Source of the DNA: Ostrea edulis
Lineage: Eukaryota
Assembly: GCF_947568905.1 (NCBI RefSeq)
Contig: NC_079164.1
Coordinates: 11,842,001 to 11,906,000, forward strand
Length of the DNA: 64,000 nucleotides
Direction of reading: 5' to 3'
Below are positions 1 to 13,423 of this stretch, piece by piece. The notes below the pieces were generated by a model. The model saw only the letters and a program-made list of their open reading frames with translations, did no database searches and had not been told where the DNA came from. The position numbers and the translations under genes are program-made. The first letter of the stretch is position 1, and every line of letters starts with the position of its first letter.

Positions 1-2414
1 TTGAAAAAACATGTACACAAATATACATATATATTTCATATTTTATTCGTTAGGACGTGTTGCGCTCGTTGTTTGAGTTTTGGGGACATTTAGCTTTAAA
101 TTTCGAGCTTCGTTCGTATTTCTATACATTTCCCCCGATACACACACAGTGAATGACGTTGAATTCAATAGGGGCACTTCAAAGAGAGAACAGAAAAGAA
201 ATGTTTAGAATGAAAAACATATTCATTTCAAATTCCTTTGACAATGTTTTAATTAAATTGTTAAGTTTTCTACTTGATAACCGTTTTCGTGACATACCGC
301 CCTATTTTTGCAGACTCCGGGAGTGACAAGGTTGAACCTTTAAGTTGTGAGATCTGACGTCTCACCAAGGTCTGGCCTGGGTAATACGCGAAAGAGGGCG
401 ATTTGCAGCTAAAGGACGGGAACGTGATTTCATGTACAGTAAATCGTGTTGACCAAAGGATTAGCGGTCCTTCAAACTATCACTCGCAGCAATCCTTGTC
501 AACTGCATAATGGGTTTGACCTGTCCGGCTTTGTCACGTGATGCGGCATCGATTCCCCATTTAGTGAACCAAACCATCCAGACAATTTATTATATCAACT
601 TGCAAATATTCGTTAAAATGATAACAATACCATGTTACTTTACGATTTGTATTATTTTAACTCCTCGCCGTGGGAAGGATTTGTTTATTAAGATGTCAGG
701 CGGGACGAAAACGTCTACAACAAGAAAAGCATGGTTGAAAATAAATATTTCAAGAAAATATAACATTTGTTTTTGTCTCCCGTTTAAATTGCCCAGATAA
801 GCACATGACACTGTGCATTAGTATTGAAAACCCCAAAAGCGGAAAGAGGACAGCAAAGCACAACATTGTATATTTGTATCACAGATGGATTGCACCTTGT
901 GGCGGATCCGATTTTTGCAAATTTAGTAAAGGACGCGGGGAGGGTTTGTCAGGATTCACCTTTAGACCTTCATTGTGTCTAGGACATATCATCGGAAGCT
1001 CCTGGGTTTCAGCAGATAGAATTATATACTTACATGTATTCTCAATAAAAAATATATCAATTAACATACGTTACATCTCGCACGCCACGGCTGAAACGTA
1101 CGCACCTTAGAGGAACGAAGGTTTCAGTCGTGGCTTGCGACGATGCTAATGTTAGTGTTTTAAAACTTCGATTTCAAAGTCTTGAAACATTGTCTTAGTT
1201 TAGGATTTAGTGATAGTTCATACTTTAAAACAAAAAAGATCGACACCTGTTATACCAGTGCATCGTGACATGGGTAAAAAAGGGGGCGATCACTGGTACC
1301 TCCTGTTTCAGGATTCCTCTTGGGAATTTTCGCGCGCAAATTGTATGTCTACTAGTTGACACGATTGTTGAAGGTTTCCAACGACTTGTCTGTTTTTTCT
1401 TCTTCACAATTTCATCGTCGTTTATGCTAATTCCGTATTCCCCAAGTAAATTGGAAACAAAATTCTTTTAATATGGTTCTTGGAAACTTCCCTAATCTTG
1501 CTTATGAAAGAATTTGAAAATCATTCTCAGGTTATTCCTTAATAGCATTAGCATGAACAGACATCTCGGCCCGAACAAATACCCCCTGTCCATGCATTGT
1601 CATGCTCGTCAAGTGTGCGAGAAAAGCATCAATATTCTTATTCTGACTAATCCGTGATTAATCTTTGCTAAGAGCAAACAAATTAATATAACGTCCTTGG
1701 ATTGGAAACCAATTCTCGCGGGACGGGTCTTTAGATAACTACATGCCGATCGGTGGAAGGACAACCGATGGTGCACTTTCAAGGTGACTTGAGAAAAAGA
1801 AAGTTAACTCTGTTTGTTTTGGCGCGGTTTCCACACTAGAGTTCTTTAATGACAGGTTATGTTACCCCGAGTTGTAAGGTATACACTTGATTGTGAAACA
1901 TAATTATAGTGCACCGTGCAGGGTCACCTTAAAGGAGTATGAACAGTCTATCATGTTGCTGCATTTGCAGCTTGAGTTCAAGTCTCCAAATAAATCTGTT
2001 TAAGCAGCAACACAACCAGATCGTATGGAAGACGTTGTTTTGCCTTTTCCGTGTCAGTGATTCGTTAAAGTTCGAGTATATCAAAGAAGGGTTATGTACA
2101 CAACTCCAATTCTATATAGGTGTATGTCTATACATTGTGGAATGTTGCGTTGGATGACTGCCATGATTTCTGGTTAGAAATGTGAACACTGGCGACATCT
2201 GCATCATTCACCACAGTCATCACTCCCACGTAACAAGACAATTACACGGATGCTAATTATTTTCTGTCAGTTCAACAGAACATTATTTACTTTCCAACTT
2301 TATACATGTATAAAACTATTTCAAAAACAACATTTAAAATCAAATGTATGAGGTTCAAGATTCCTCAATGAATGACAGCATGAAAATGAGACTTCCTGCG
2401 TAGGAGATATTACA

Positions 2415-2623
2415 TCATGTGTACAGATCGAAATCGATCCTCTTTGAGCTGTAGAAAGGCCCGTCTTTGTTTGAGGTTTTCCTGACATAGACTCCTGCCG
2501 GGAAATAGTCCTCCTCGGTCCATGTCAACATCTGGGAGCTGGTGAACGGTCCGTGCACTTCCTCGTCATCCATCTTCCATTTGTACTCCCACTTCACTTC
2601 CGCGGACGTGGCGGAGGAATCTT
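2415..2623 (-). CDS. CD2BP2: CD2BP2 terminal coding exon (GYF domain)
   Basis: cctccag acceptor; [16 protein letters not shown]...RIDFDLYT, then TGA. Confidence 0.93.
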
Positions 2624-3811
2624 CTGGAGGAACGTGGAGAGAACTAATTAGTGTCAAACTACACAAAAACGACTTTCATATTTCGTAATTACCTCAAAAT
2701 TATGTGGACTGTTTATGAAGGTTTAAATGTCAAACATTCATGATTTAGATATACTAAACAAACCTTTCTAACGCCCCACCCAAGGCATTGTACCGTAATT
2801 ATGTTTCATCATTTTAAATGTACCGTAATTATGTTTCAAAATTTTAAATGTACCGTAATTATGTTTCATCATTTCAAATATAACTATTGATCAGTATAAA
2901 GGATAACGAGTTAAAACAATATTTTTGTCTTTAATCATAAATCACTGAACCCTCTCATTGAGAAACAAAGACTTTTGGGTACCCTAAAATTTGAAAATCG
3001 CAACATTTAATACCGCGTGTGTCCCCCATTCCCATGGATAACAGCTAAACAGCTGCCCCTGATAGCGTACATGTAAGTGTTTAGAAACTTGAGGAAGGTT
3101 CTTACATGAGTTTATGAGGTCTCTTTCAAGCTTTGCCAGATTCTGTATAGCGAACGAAAACAAACCTCTCATAAACTGCGTCCACCTTCGAAAACAATAA
3201 TAGCTCTTGAACGTTCTTGTGCAGACATGCGCCGCATTTTATTTCAGTCATTTTATGTTTTCCTAAACCACTAAATATATAAAACCCAATAAAACAATGA
3301 TATTTGAAAACCTATCATAAAATCCAATCGAACACGCGTGGCATGCTTTTCATCGTATTTGGTCACAGTCCAGTAATTACAAAGTTCTGCGATCCAATTT
3401 TTTGCTGACTTGAAACCGAAGGCATTTAATCAAGTTTAAAATATCTTTTTCATTTATAATTTACTGCGATAATTTGTTTATTATCTAAATTATAAAAGAG
3501 GGCCCTTAGAAAGTTTGATTAATATAGTAAACTAGAACAAGAGTTTCAAGGGCCACATTGGTCACCTTGGCCCATATTTATAAAGATTTTCCCTATATTC
3601 ACATGTAAAACTTTGATCCCCTATTGTGGACCAAACATATCCCTGAAGGTCATGGTTTTACAAACTTGAATCTGCATTATGTCAGGAAGCTTTCATGTAA
3701 ATTTGAACTTTTCTGGTCCAGTGGTTCTTGAGAAGAATATTTTTAAATGACCCCACCCTATTTTTGCAATTATCTCTCATTTAAAGGGGGCATGACCTTT
3801 CATTTGAACAG

Positions 3812-3842
<31 letters not shown>

Positions 3843-5007
3843 CGCCAAGTTTGGTTGAAATTGGCCGAGTGGCTCTGGAGAAGATGAAAATCTGAAAAGT
3901 TTAACACGCCAACGATGGACAACAGAAAGTTTCGATTAAAAAAGCTCACTTGAGCCTGAGTGAGCTAAAAATGATTGACAATTTTTTTGTTTACATAATT
4001 GTTAATATTCAGACATAACTTCATCTGTAAATAATTCTGAATGACAAAATAAACACACCTGATTTTGAATCCCCACTTTCCCTTGGTTCCGGTTTTGTGG
4101 CCTCTGTGTCCTTTTCTTTGCTGCCATCTTTTGCACTGCTCTCTTTATCTTTTGCGCTGCTCTCTTTATCAAAATTGTCAGCAAACATATCTAAGGCATC
4201 ATCATTGTCCACACCTTCTGGAATCTCAGTTTTTGAAGGTTCAAACTTTTTTAACAGATAATTCACTTTTTCATGTGTCATTTCGTACACCTCCATGTTC
4301 CCACTACTCAGCACTTTATCCGCGAGCTCAGTCAGCCGTAAGAACTTCTCCCTATCCTCTTCCGACTGTTCGTCTCCTGCCTGTGTTTTCTGTTTCTTCG
4401 TTTTCCACCTCTGACTTGCGGACTGAATTTTTCCCTTTTTACCCCCTAGTCTACGAAGCGCTTTAGCAATTGTTTCACTCGGCTGTAACAAGGACAGTAT
4501 TTCTGTAAAAATGCCCTTCTCATCAAAATCGTCTTCTTCATCTGACTCTGAATCATCACTGTCATCAATTTTACCCTTTTCTTTCTCTTTGATTTTGACC
4601 CAGTCGATATTTTCAATCCAGCTGTCCTGGATTTCCTATAGAAAGGAATGGTTTTATTACAAGCACTTAAAACATGTACTAAACTTCATCAAAGAATACA
4701 GAATGTCAATGATAGACAACCTATTTCAATGGTGAATTCCCTTCACTTTTGGTATATAGGTGCCTCAACCTTTCCATAAAGCTCCCCCAACCCCCACAAA
4801 ATGTGTCTCATGTGAAAAATAATCCTATTCAAATCACAATTTGCATTCCTTGATCTGTCCATTTAGCTCCTATCTGCCCAAATACTGGTAATGGATGGTA
4901 TGTACATCATTCTCTAATTTCTCTTAAAGTTTGAGTTTGTATATCAAGTATTCTGTTCTTATCCGATGTCTGTTTTTAGGAATAGATACCACTGTGGAGG
5001 GTACAAG

Positions 5008-5044
<37 letters not shown>

Positions 5045-5984
5045 TCACCTTGGCCCATATCTGAAGACTTTCCATATATATTTGCATGTAAAACCTTAGT
5101 CCCTATTATGGCCCAAACTACCCTTTGCAAACTTGAATCTACACTATGTCAGAAAGCTTTCATGTAAATGTCAACTTCTTTGGCCCAATGGTTCTTGAGA
5201 AGAAGATTTTTAAAGCTTTTTCCTATATTTGTATGCAAAACTTTGATCTCCCTTGTGGCCCCATCCTACCCCCGGGGGCCATGATTTGAACAAACTTGAA
5301 TCTGCATTATGTCAGGAAGCTTTCATGTAAATCTCAGCTTTTCTGGCTTAGTGGTTCTTGAGAAGAAGATTTTTAAAGTTTTTCCCTATATATTTGTATG
5401 CAAAACTTTGATCCCCCCTTGGGGCCCCATCCTATCCCCGGGGGCCATGATTTGAACAAACTTGAATGTGCACTATGTCAGAAAGTTTTCATGTAAAAAT
5501 AAGCTTTTCTGACTCAGTGGTTCTTGAGAAGAAGATTTTTAAAGACTTTTCCTATATATGTGTATGTAAAACTTTGATCCCCTATTGTGGCCCCATCCAA
5601 CCCCCGGAGCCCATGATTTGAACAAACTTGAATCTGCATTATGTCAGGAAGCTTTCATGTAAATATCAGCTTTTCTGGCTTAGTGGTTCTTGAGAAGAAG
5701 ATTTTTAAAGTTTTTCCCTATATATTTGTGTGTAAAACTTTGATCCCCCCTTGGGGCCACATCTTATCCCCGGGGGCCATGATTTGAACAAACTTGAATC
5801 TGCAATATGTCAGGAAGCTTTCAGGTAAATTTCAGCTCTTCTGGCCCAGTGGTTCTTGAGAAGAAGATTTTTAAATGACCCCACCCTATTTTTGCATTTT
5901 TGTGATTATCTCCCCTTTGAAAGGGACATGGCCCTTCATTTGAACAAACTTGAAAGCCCTTCACCCAAGGATGCTTTTGGCCAT

Positions 5985-6022
<38 letters not shown>

Positions 6023-9000
6023 TCGAAAATGTGAAAAGTTTAACAGACAGACGGACAGACAGACAGACGACGGACAAAAAGCGATCAGAAAAGCTCACTT
6101 GAACCTTTGGTTCAGGTGAGCTAAAAAGTACTCAAAAATGAAAGCGGGAATGCAGTTGCTGGTAATTGATAGATTAATTAATTTAACAAATTAATTACTA
6201 GAAAAGAAAAATTGCTATTTACACTGATGTTAAAAAGTGCTAATCATTTGCACTGCATTCAAAAGAATTTTTACTGACAGTTAAATTTCCACTGAAACAA
6301 CAAGAATTAATTTCTTATTCAATTCTTTTACACATTCACTCCTTGCCTTGCTTTTCTATATCCCCATTCCTGGCTACTTCTAGTAGCCAAAATTGTATAT
6401 TATTAACCAGCAATACGTACTGGACACCCAGAATAATCTACCCTTAAAAGTTATGCACAAAGAAGTCGCTAAAGCATTTTCCTCACTGGGTACCAGCCAT
6501 CTTTTGTTAATGTCAATGTATATTCTATAAAATACATTAAGTCTGAAAAATAAATCAGGAAACGGTGTACTTTTGTAACTATAGGAGAGAACTTTATATT
6601 TACTAATGCTACAATGCATTAAAAGAATCCATTAAATTTGCAATTAACTTGATAAAACCATTTTTTAGAACATCTACTATTTAAGGGAAGACCACTCAAA
6701 GAACAATCAAGTACTAAAAATACAGATTTAATAGCACCATGTGTCTGAATTTAGAAATTTGCATGAAACATGGCTTTAGTTTGGTAATATTAACAAGATG
6801 TTATACAAGTAATACTTTACTAAATGTGCAATCCACCGCAAATTCAATAAAATTTGCCACTGCTATACTAATAAGGTTTCCTAAAGGTAACTTAAATTTA
6901 CAACATTTATATGAACAATTCCCTTTATAAATAATTGGTGCCCTATAATTAAAGATACAACTAGTTTGCTTTGGTAACACAGTCAACATTAGGTGGTATT
7001 GAACTATTAGTGCCTGTCATCCAATTGATTGAAATTCACCTACTGCCAATAAGCGCGCCATCGCTTAAATTCTGCATTTAAAAAGTACACTCCATCTTTC
7101 TTTTGTAAGAATTCATTCCCTGTGATTCCCTGATTATATGTTGGTTTTTCAAGAATAACTGTCTCCTTTTTGATGTCTTAGATTTAAGTAAATCTCTCAA
7201 ATTCAGTAAATCTCTCAAATAAACTCAAGTATATCTTGATTACCTTTTAATAAAAATGGAACTCTTTTGTAGTATTTTAACAGATATAACACACCAAAAA
7301 TGTAGGAACTCTGAATGCACAGTCCTTGTAGTTGTTCTTGTTTGTTCCTTAACCTTTAACCTAGACTCCTCGAGAAATTACATGTCACATGAGACATCTA
7401 AGAATGTACCTTTGTTTTATCAAATATGTACATGCCATCCTTATCAAAATGGCCTTCCTCCAACTCTTCCTTCATGTTGAAAGGGGTAATCTTAATTCCT
7501 TCATAAGAATCTATTGTAGTATCCTCTTGCCCTGAAAGATAAAATAAGTAACATGAATATGTTTTATAGATCATTTATATTAACGAATGGAATGAGAGTA
7601 AATTCCAGTCCTAAACATATCTAAAATTATTTCAGTGAAAAGTGGCTTACACAATAGCTTCATTAAATTCCATTGCATGTGATATCATTCTCTACCCAGA
7701 GTTCCATGCGCTAGCACTACACCTCTATCAACGGCTTTTTACAGAAATCTTGTAAAAGTCTTTAATATCCAACATTTATGTTTTTGGACAAAATATATAG
7801 TCATATTATGAAATGTTTTTGGTGCAATTAAATTGATGCTTACTGTAAATTGTTTAAAATTGCCGTTTTCTGGTCCTAAATTTGGAACTACTTCGTAATA
7901 TGTGTATGAATGTAGGACATTCACATGGTGGAGATTTAAATGTAAACATGGAATCATAAGTAAGAAAGGCTGTAAAAATACAATAAAACTTGTAAAATAA
8001 GAGACAAACAGCTAAATGGTAAATGTGTGCTTATTAAAGTGCCAGTGGGCTATGAAAAGAGCCTGATGTATCACCTGTTGCCAGAACTTTTAAAGGGAAA
8101 GGAAACCGAGAATGATTGTTTATATCATGTGATTATATTGTCACGTGATTCCAAGCGTTGACAGAGGTGTATGTGAAGCTTGCGTAACGCGCCCTCTGGT
8201 GAGAGAATGATGTGATATAGGACTTAGTCATGTCACAAAGCATGGAAGAGCGGGTAATATTCCATTGTATCTGATATAGGACTATTTTATATAGAACTAT
8301 CATTCTTGTCTTTAAAGTTTTACATGCTCTAACTCCCAATTATTTAGATGTTTTTCAGTATGTTCATGAAATTAGCAGTAGATATACCAGATTAAGTCAA
8401 AGTAATTCATTATATATCTAGAGGGTAATGACACAATAATTTAGAAAATCTTTTACAATTTACGGTTCACAGTTACGGAATAATATCCCAAAATTTTTAA
8501 AATATTACCCAACATTGGAAACTTTTATTTCTGCTTATCTTAGAAAAAAGTTTTCACTCAGGAAATTAAAACCATATATATAGATTTGTTTTTGATTATT
8601 TTCAGTTTTATTTTTATTTATCTATTTTCAGTTTTAAATATGTAGATAACGTACATGTATGTTTGTATGCAACATACCTTCATATACTATTTCATATTGT
8701 ACAATGTATCTGCATAATACTGCTGTCTGTATATATTTTTTTAGGAACACAATGTAAACTAGTTTTTAAACTAATTGTGCTATCCTGTTTAAATAAAGGA
8801 CATTATTATTATCATTATTATAGGACTTAGTCATGTCACAAAGCATGGAAAAGGGGGCAATATTCCATTGCAAGTGATATAGGATTTATTCATGTCACAA
8901 AGCGTGGAAGAGTGGGCAATATTCCATTTAGATCTACCACTGGATACACCGTTTTGTTTTGACACTCACACACTTCATTTGGATATATACATATATCTAA

Positions 9001-12000
9001 CACTTTCAACAACTAATATCAATTTGAGACTTGTGCATGAGTAAAGAAGTAGGTACAGTTTCTACAGTCATCTGGCCCAAAATATTGATGATTTCACTTG
9101 GAGCTAAAATCCTGGCATTCAATTAAGGAATAGTTTAGCAACCCCAAAATTCACTCAGTTTGATCAGCAAAATGATCTATGTCATATGACGAGAGCTTGA
9201 AGTTGGCATAAAATTGCAAAAATGCCATTTTCAATGAAAATATCCACAAATTCAGGTGGTTTTCCTTTTAGAAAACATACAGCGCATGCGTCGAGCAAAT
9301 TCATATTGAAGCATGTTTTTCATCTCAAAATAATACACAATATATATCATTTTCATTTTGCTCGACAAATGCGCACATCTTTTCCTGAGCAATAATTTGT
9401 ATGACATTTGACAGTTTTCAGGCTTATTTTGAGAAAAAGGCGGGAAATGTCTTATTCATGATGTCATAATGCTATCCATTTAGGACTATCATTCTGATTT
9501 TGTTGACATAGTATACCTGGCATTTATTTTACTTTCTTAAAACGCTGATTAAGGTTAATTCCAGACACATTTTATAGAGAGAAATTTTTTGGGCCTTTTT
9601 ATGTATACAACCGTACCTTGTTCTTTGTAAACCCTAGTTCAATACGGCATATATTATCCTTCAAAAATCTTCAATGGACAAGGATCCACAACAATGCCAC
9701 TTTTACATATCAAAAATGAAATTCTAAAAGTGTGTGTAAAAAGCACTAAATTTCACCCAAAGCCAAAGCACTAGGATTAGGCTTGTAAGAGTTGATACAC
9801 ACTAACTTTGGTCTAGTGAAGAATGAAGTTCTTCAGAAAAGTCTTTACTTGTTTCTCATATATACCTATGGCTACATGAGAAAGTTGAAGAGAAATACAC
9901 AACTGTATTGAAACAAACAATGCTTAATATCACCTATCCACTGATTTGTTTGGTTGTACATGTCATGGAGAATTTGAGCTTAATGATTTACTCTAGTACT
10001 AGCCCAATTGTGATGTTCAGAAAAATATTTTTGATATGCACTGTACTCATACAGCAGTTAAGTTGTCTGCACTTTGATTACCTAATGAACTGATCAGATA
10101 TGTATTTAGCGTGAGCTGCAAAGTTTTCAACGCACAAATAAAGCTTATCGGAAACATTCCATAATCAAATAAGAAGTTGAGATCAAGAAAATTATGAAAA
10201 GTTGCATAAAAATATTTGTAATTTTGTATTCTGTAATAAAATTTCCTTATCTGCTGGACCGTCTCCATGTGTGATCGTTACTGTCTACTGATGAAGATTG
10301 TAATAATTAAACCAGTATTAATTACTTCAAATCTTAAGACAGAAATTGATCTTTCCGAAATATACCAAGGCACCAGCACAAAGATGACTACAAATGTTTT
10401 TGTATATCCATTGGCAATCACTTGCCCAAATAGTTACATGCTATACCTATAGTTTTTATCGTTGTGGACAAAGAACATGTGAAAATGTATCAACAGCGCA
10501 GGGCTTGAAATTAACACATTTTGGAAAATATACAAGTTTAAGAAATCTTATGCATACATTTGGCATGCTTCGATCTGTAGATATCAAACGAATCTGATTC
10601 GTAAATTATGAATCCCACATAAGTGTTACAATATTGTCTATGGCCTATTGAGTTCAATTTTATTTTAATAACATTATCAAAATATGTTTAATTATTTCTG
10701 GAAAACTCTGTTGGACTGGTAAATTTTTCTGCGGACTGGTTGAAATTATACCCCATCAGTCCGACTGGACTGGTGACATATAGTTAGCTTTAAGCCCTGC
10801 AGCGAGTATTCAGTAAGTGTTGATTTCCTTACGACAAATGCATTTGTTAATGTGAAAGTTGTGGACATAATTTGTCTCTAGCATAAATCCAGACGTATTT
10901 GAGTCAAAGCGTTGATCAAAACGTAAACTGCCACCAGTTCTGGCATTTACACATTTTCCAGAATCAAAACATGAAAATTTGTGAATAGAAATGGATGTAG
11001 ACTCTGTCCACTTCTCTGAAGAGAATAGTTAGCAGGAAGAACACTCAGCTAGTAGTACAATGATTAGTGTTGAATGAAAAATCGGGAAAATTTCATAATC
11101 TATAATCGGTCATAATCGGAAGAACTCTATCGATCAATGATCAATATAATCGGTATTTACATGTAGTTAATAACTGTTTATTATTTTTGGGGTTATTTCT
11201 ATTTAGTTTTATGGATATGTGCAGCATACACACTTGCTGGTGTCACTGAATTCCCACTTTTCAATGTGGAGTCCACTTTGACTTTTCCCTGCACATGTCT
11301 CGATATAAAAGGGGGATAAACAGTCAGATGAATCTCTGATTAGATGTTAATTAGTGTACAGGCGACAATTGATTATGAAAATCGAAGAGCCAAAAACGAT
11401 CAACAATCGATTGTCTGCGACAATCGTTTCATCACTAACAATGATAGGCTCACAGGGGCTAAGCCCGTTTTGGGCCCGAACTTTGTGATACCATAAATAT
11501 AGAAAGGGGTCTAACTCTGACACAGATAAAAAACTAACCACTTGCTTCAAATGCCTAAAAAAATCTTAAAGTAGGTAATCTATGCATAATTTGTCATTTT
11601 CCTTGCATAGATTAATGTTTTAACTACTTGCATGCCAAATTTCAAGTCACTGGTTCTTAAAATAACAAAGATATACGTCATCGTTCTCTCGATTTCACTT
11701 GTTTATTTTTACTAGGACATTTACCGGTCCAGGTCACAGAGTCGTTTCTCGCATGCAAGTAGTTAAAACATTAATCTATGCAAAGAAAACGACAAATTAT
11801 GCATAGATTACCTACTTTAAGATTTTTTTAGGCATTTGAAGCGAGTGGTTAGTATTTTATCTGTGTCAGAGTTAGACCCCTTTCTATATTTATGGTATCA
11901 CAAAGTTCGGGCCCAAAATGGGCTTAGCCCCTGTGGATAGGCTCAATGTTTCAAATATTTCTATCTCGGACTGAATAATTCACCGAAATATCGATACTAT

Positions 12001-12163
12001 TCAATATAAATGCTTGATTCAATGTTCGATTCATTGCCTCGATCTTCACCGACTTCAGTTCAATGCGTATCGTAAAGAGGTGTATTATTTCAGCCCTATT
12101 TCTACCATTTTTCATGTGCGCTGTACATTGATGGTCAACTCTATCTCTCTTAGGAGAACAATT

Positions 12164-12201
<38 letters not shown>

Positions 12202-13389
12202 TCACTTTGGCCCATATCTGAAGACTTTCCATATATATTTGCATGTAAAACCTTAGTCCCTATTATGGCCCAAACTACCCTTTGCAAACTTGAATCTACA
12301 CTATATCAGAAAGCTTTCATGTAAATAAACTTTGATCCCCCTTGTGGCCTCATCCTACCCCCAGGGGCCATGATTTGAACAAACTTGAATCTGCACTATG
12401 TCAAAAAGTTTTCATGTAAAAATCAGCTTTTCTGACTCAGTGGTTCTTGAGAAGAAGATTTTTCCTATATATTTGTATGTAAAACTTTGATCCCCTATTG
12501 TGGCCCCATCCAACCCCCGGAGCCCATGATTTGAACAAACTTGAATCTGCATTATGTCAGGAAGCTTTCATGTAAATATCAGCTTTTCTGGCTTAGTGGT
12601 TCTTGAGAAGAAGATTTTTAAAGTTTTTCCCTATATATTTGTATGTAAAACTTTGATCCCCCCTTGTGGCCCCATCCTACCTCCGGGGGCCATGATTTGA
12701 ACAAACTTGAATCTGCACTATGTCAGAAAGTTTTCATGTAAAAATCAGCTTTTCTGGCTCAGTGGTTCTTGAGAAGAAGATTTTTAAAGATTTTTCCTAT
12801 ATATTTGTATGTAAAACTTTGATCCCCTATTGTGGCCCCATCCAACCCCCGGGGGCCATGATTTGAACAAACTTGAATCTGCATTATGTCAGGAAGCTTT
12901 CATGTAAATCTCAGCTTTTCTGGCTTAGTGGTTCTTGAGAAGAAGATTTTAAAAGTTTTTCCCTATATATTTGTGTGCAAAACTTTGATCCCCCCTTGGG
13001 GCCCCATCCTATCCCCGGGGGCCATGATTTGAACAAACTTGAATCTGCACTATGTCAGAAAGTTTTCATGTAAAAATCAGCTTTTCTGGCTCAGTGGTTC
13101 TTGAGAAGAAGATTTTTCCTATATATTTGTATGTAAAATTTTGATCCCCTATTGTGGCCCCATCCAACCCCCGGGGGCCATGATTTGAACAAACTTGAAT
13201 CTGCAATATGTCAGGAAGCTTTCAGGTAAATTTCAGCTCTTCTGGCCCAGTGGTTCTTGAGAAGAAGATTTTTAAATGACCCCACCCTATTTTTGCATTT
13301 TTGTGATTATCTCCCCTTTGAAAGGGACATGGCCCTTCATTTGAACAAACTTGAAAGCCCTTCACCCAAGGATGCTTTTGGCCAAGTTA

Positions 13390-13423
<34 letters not shown>

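Noticed and set aside
7040-7180. Intronic frame containing KKDGVYFLN, resembling the CD2BP2 exon-2 motif (possible mutually exclusive exon)
   Set aside because: Similarity is limited to about 6 residues, the acceptor is weak, and a TAG precedes the only donor.
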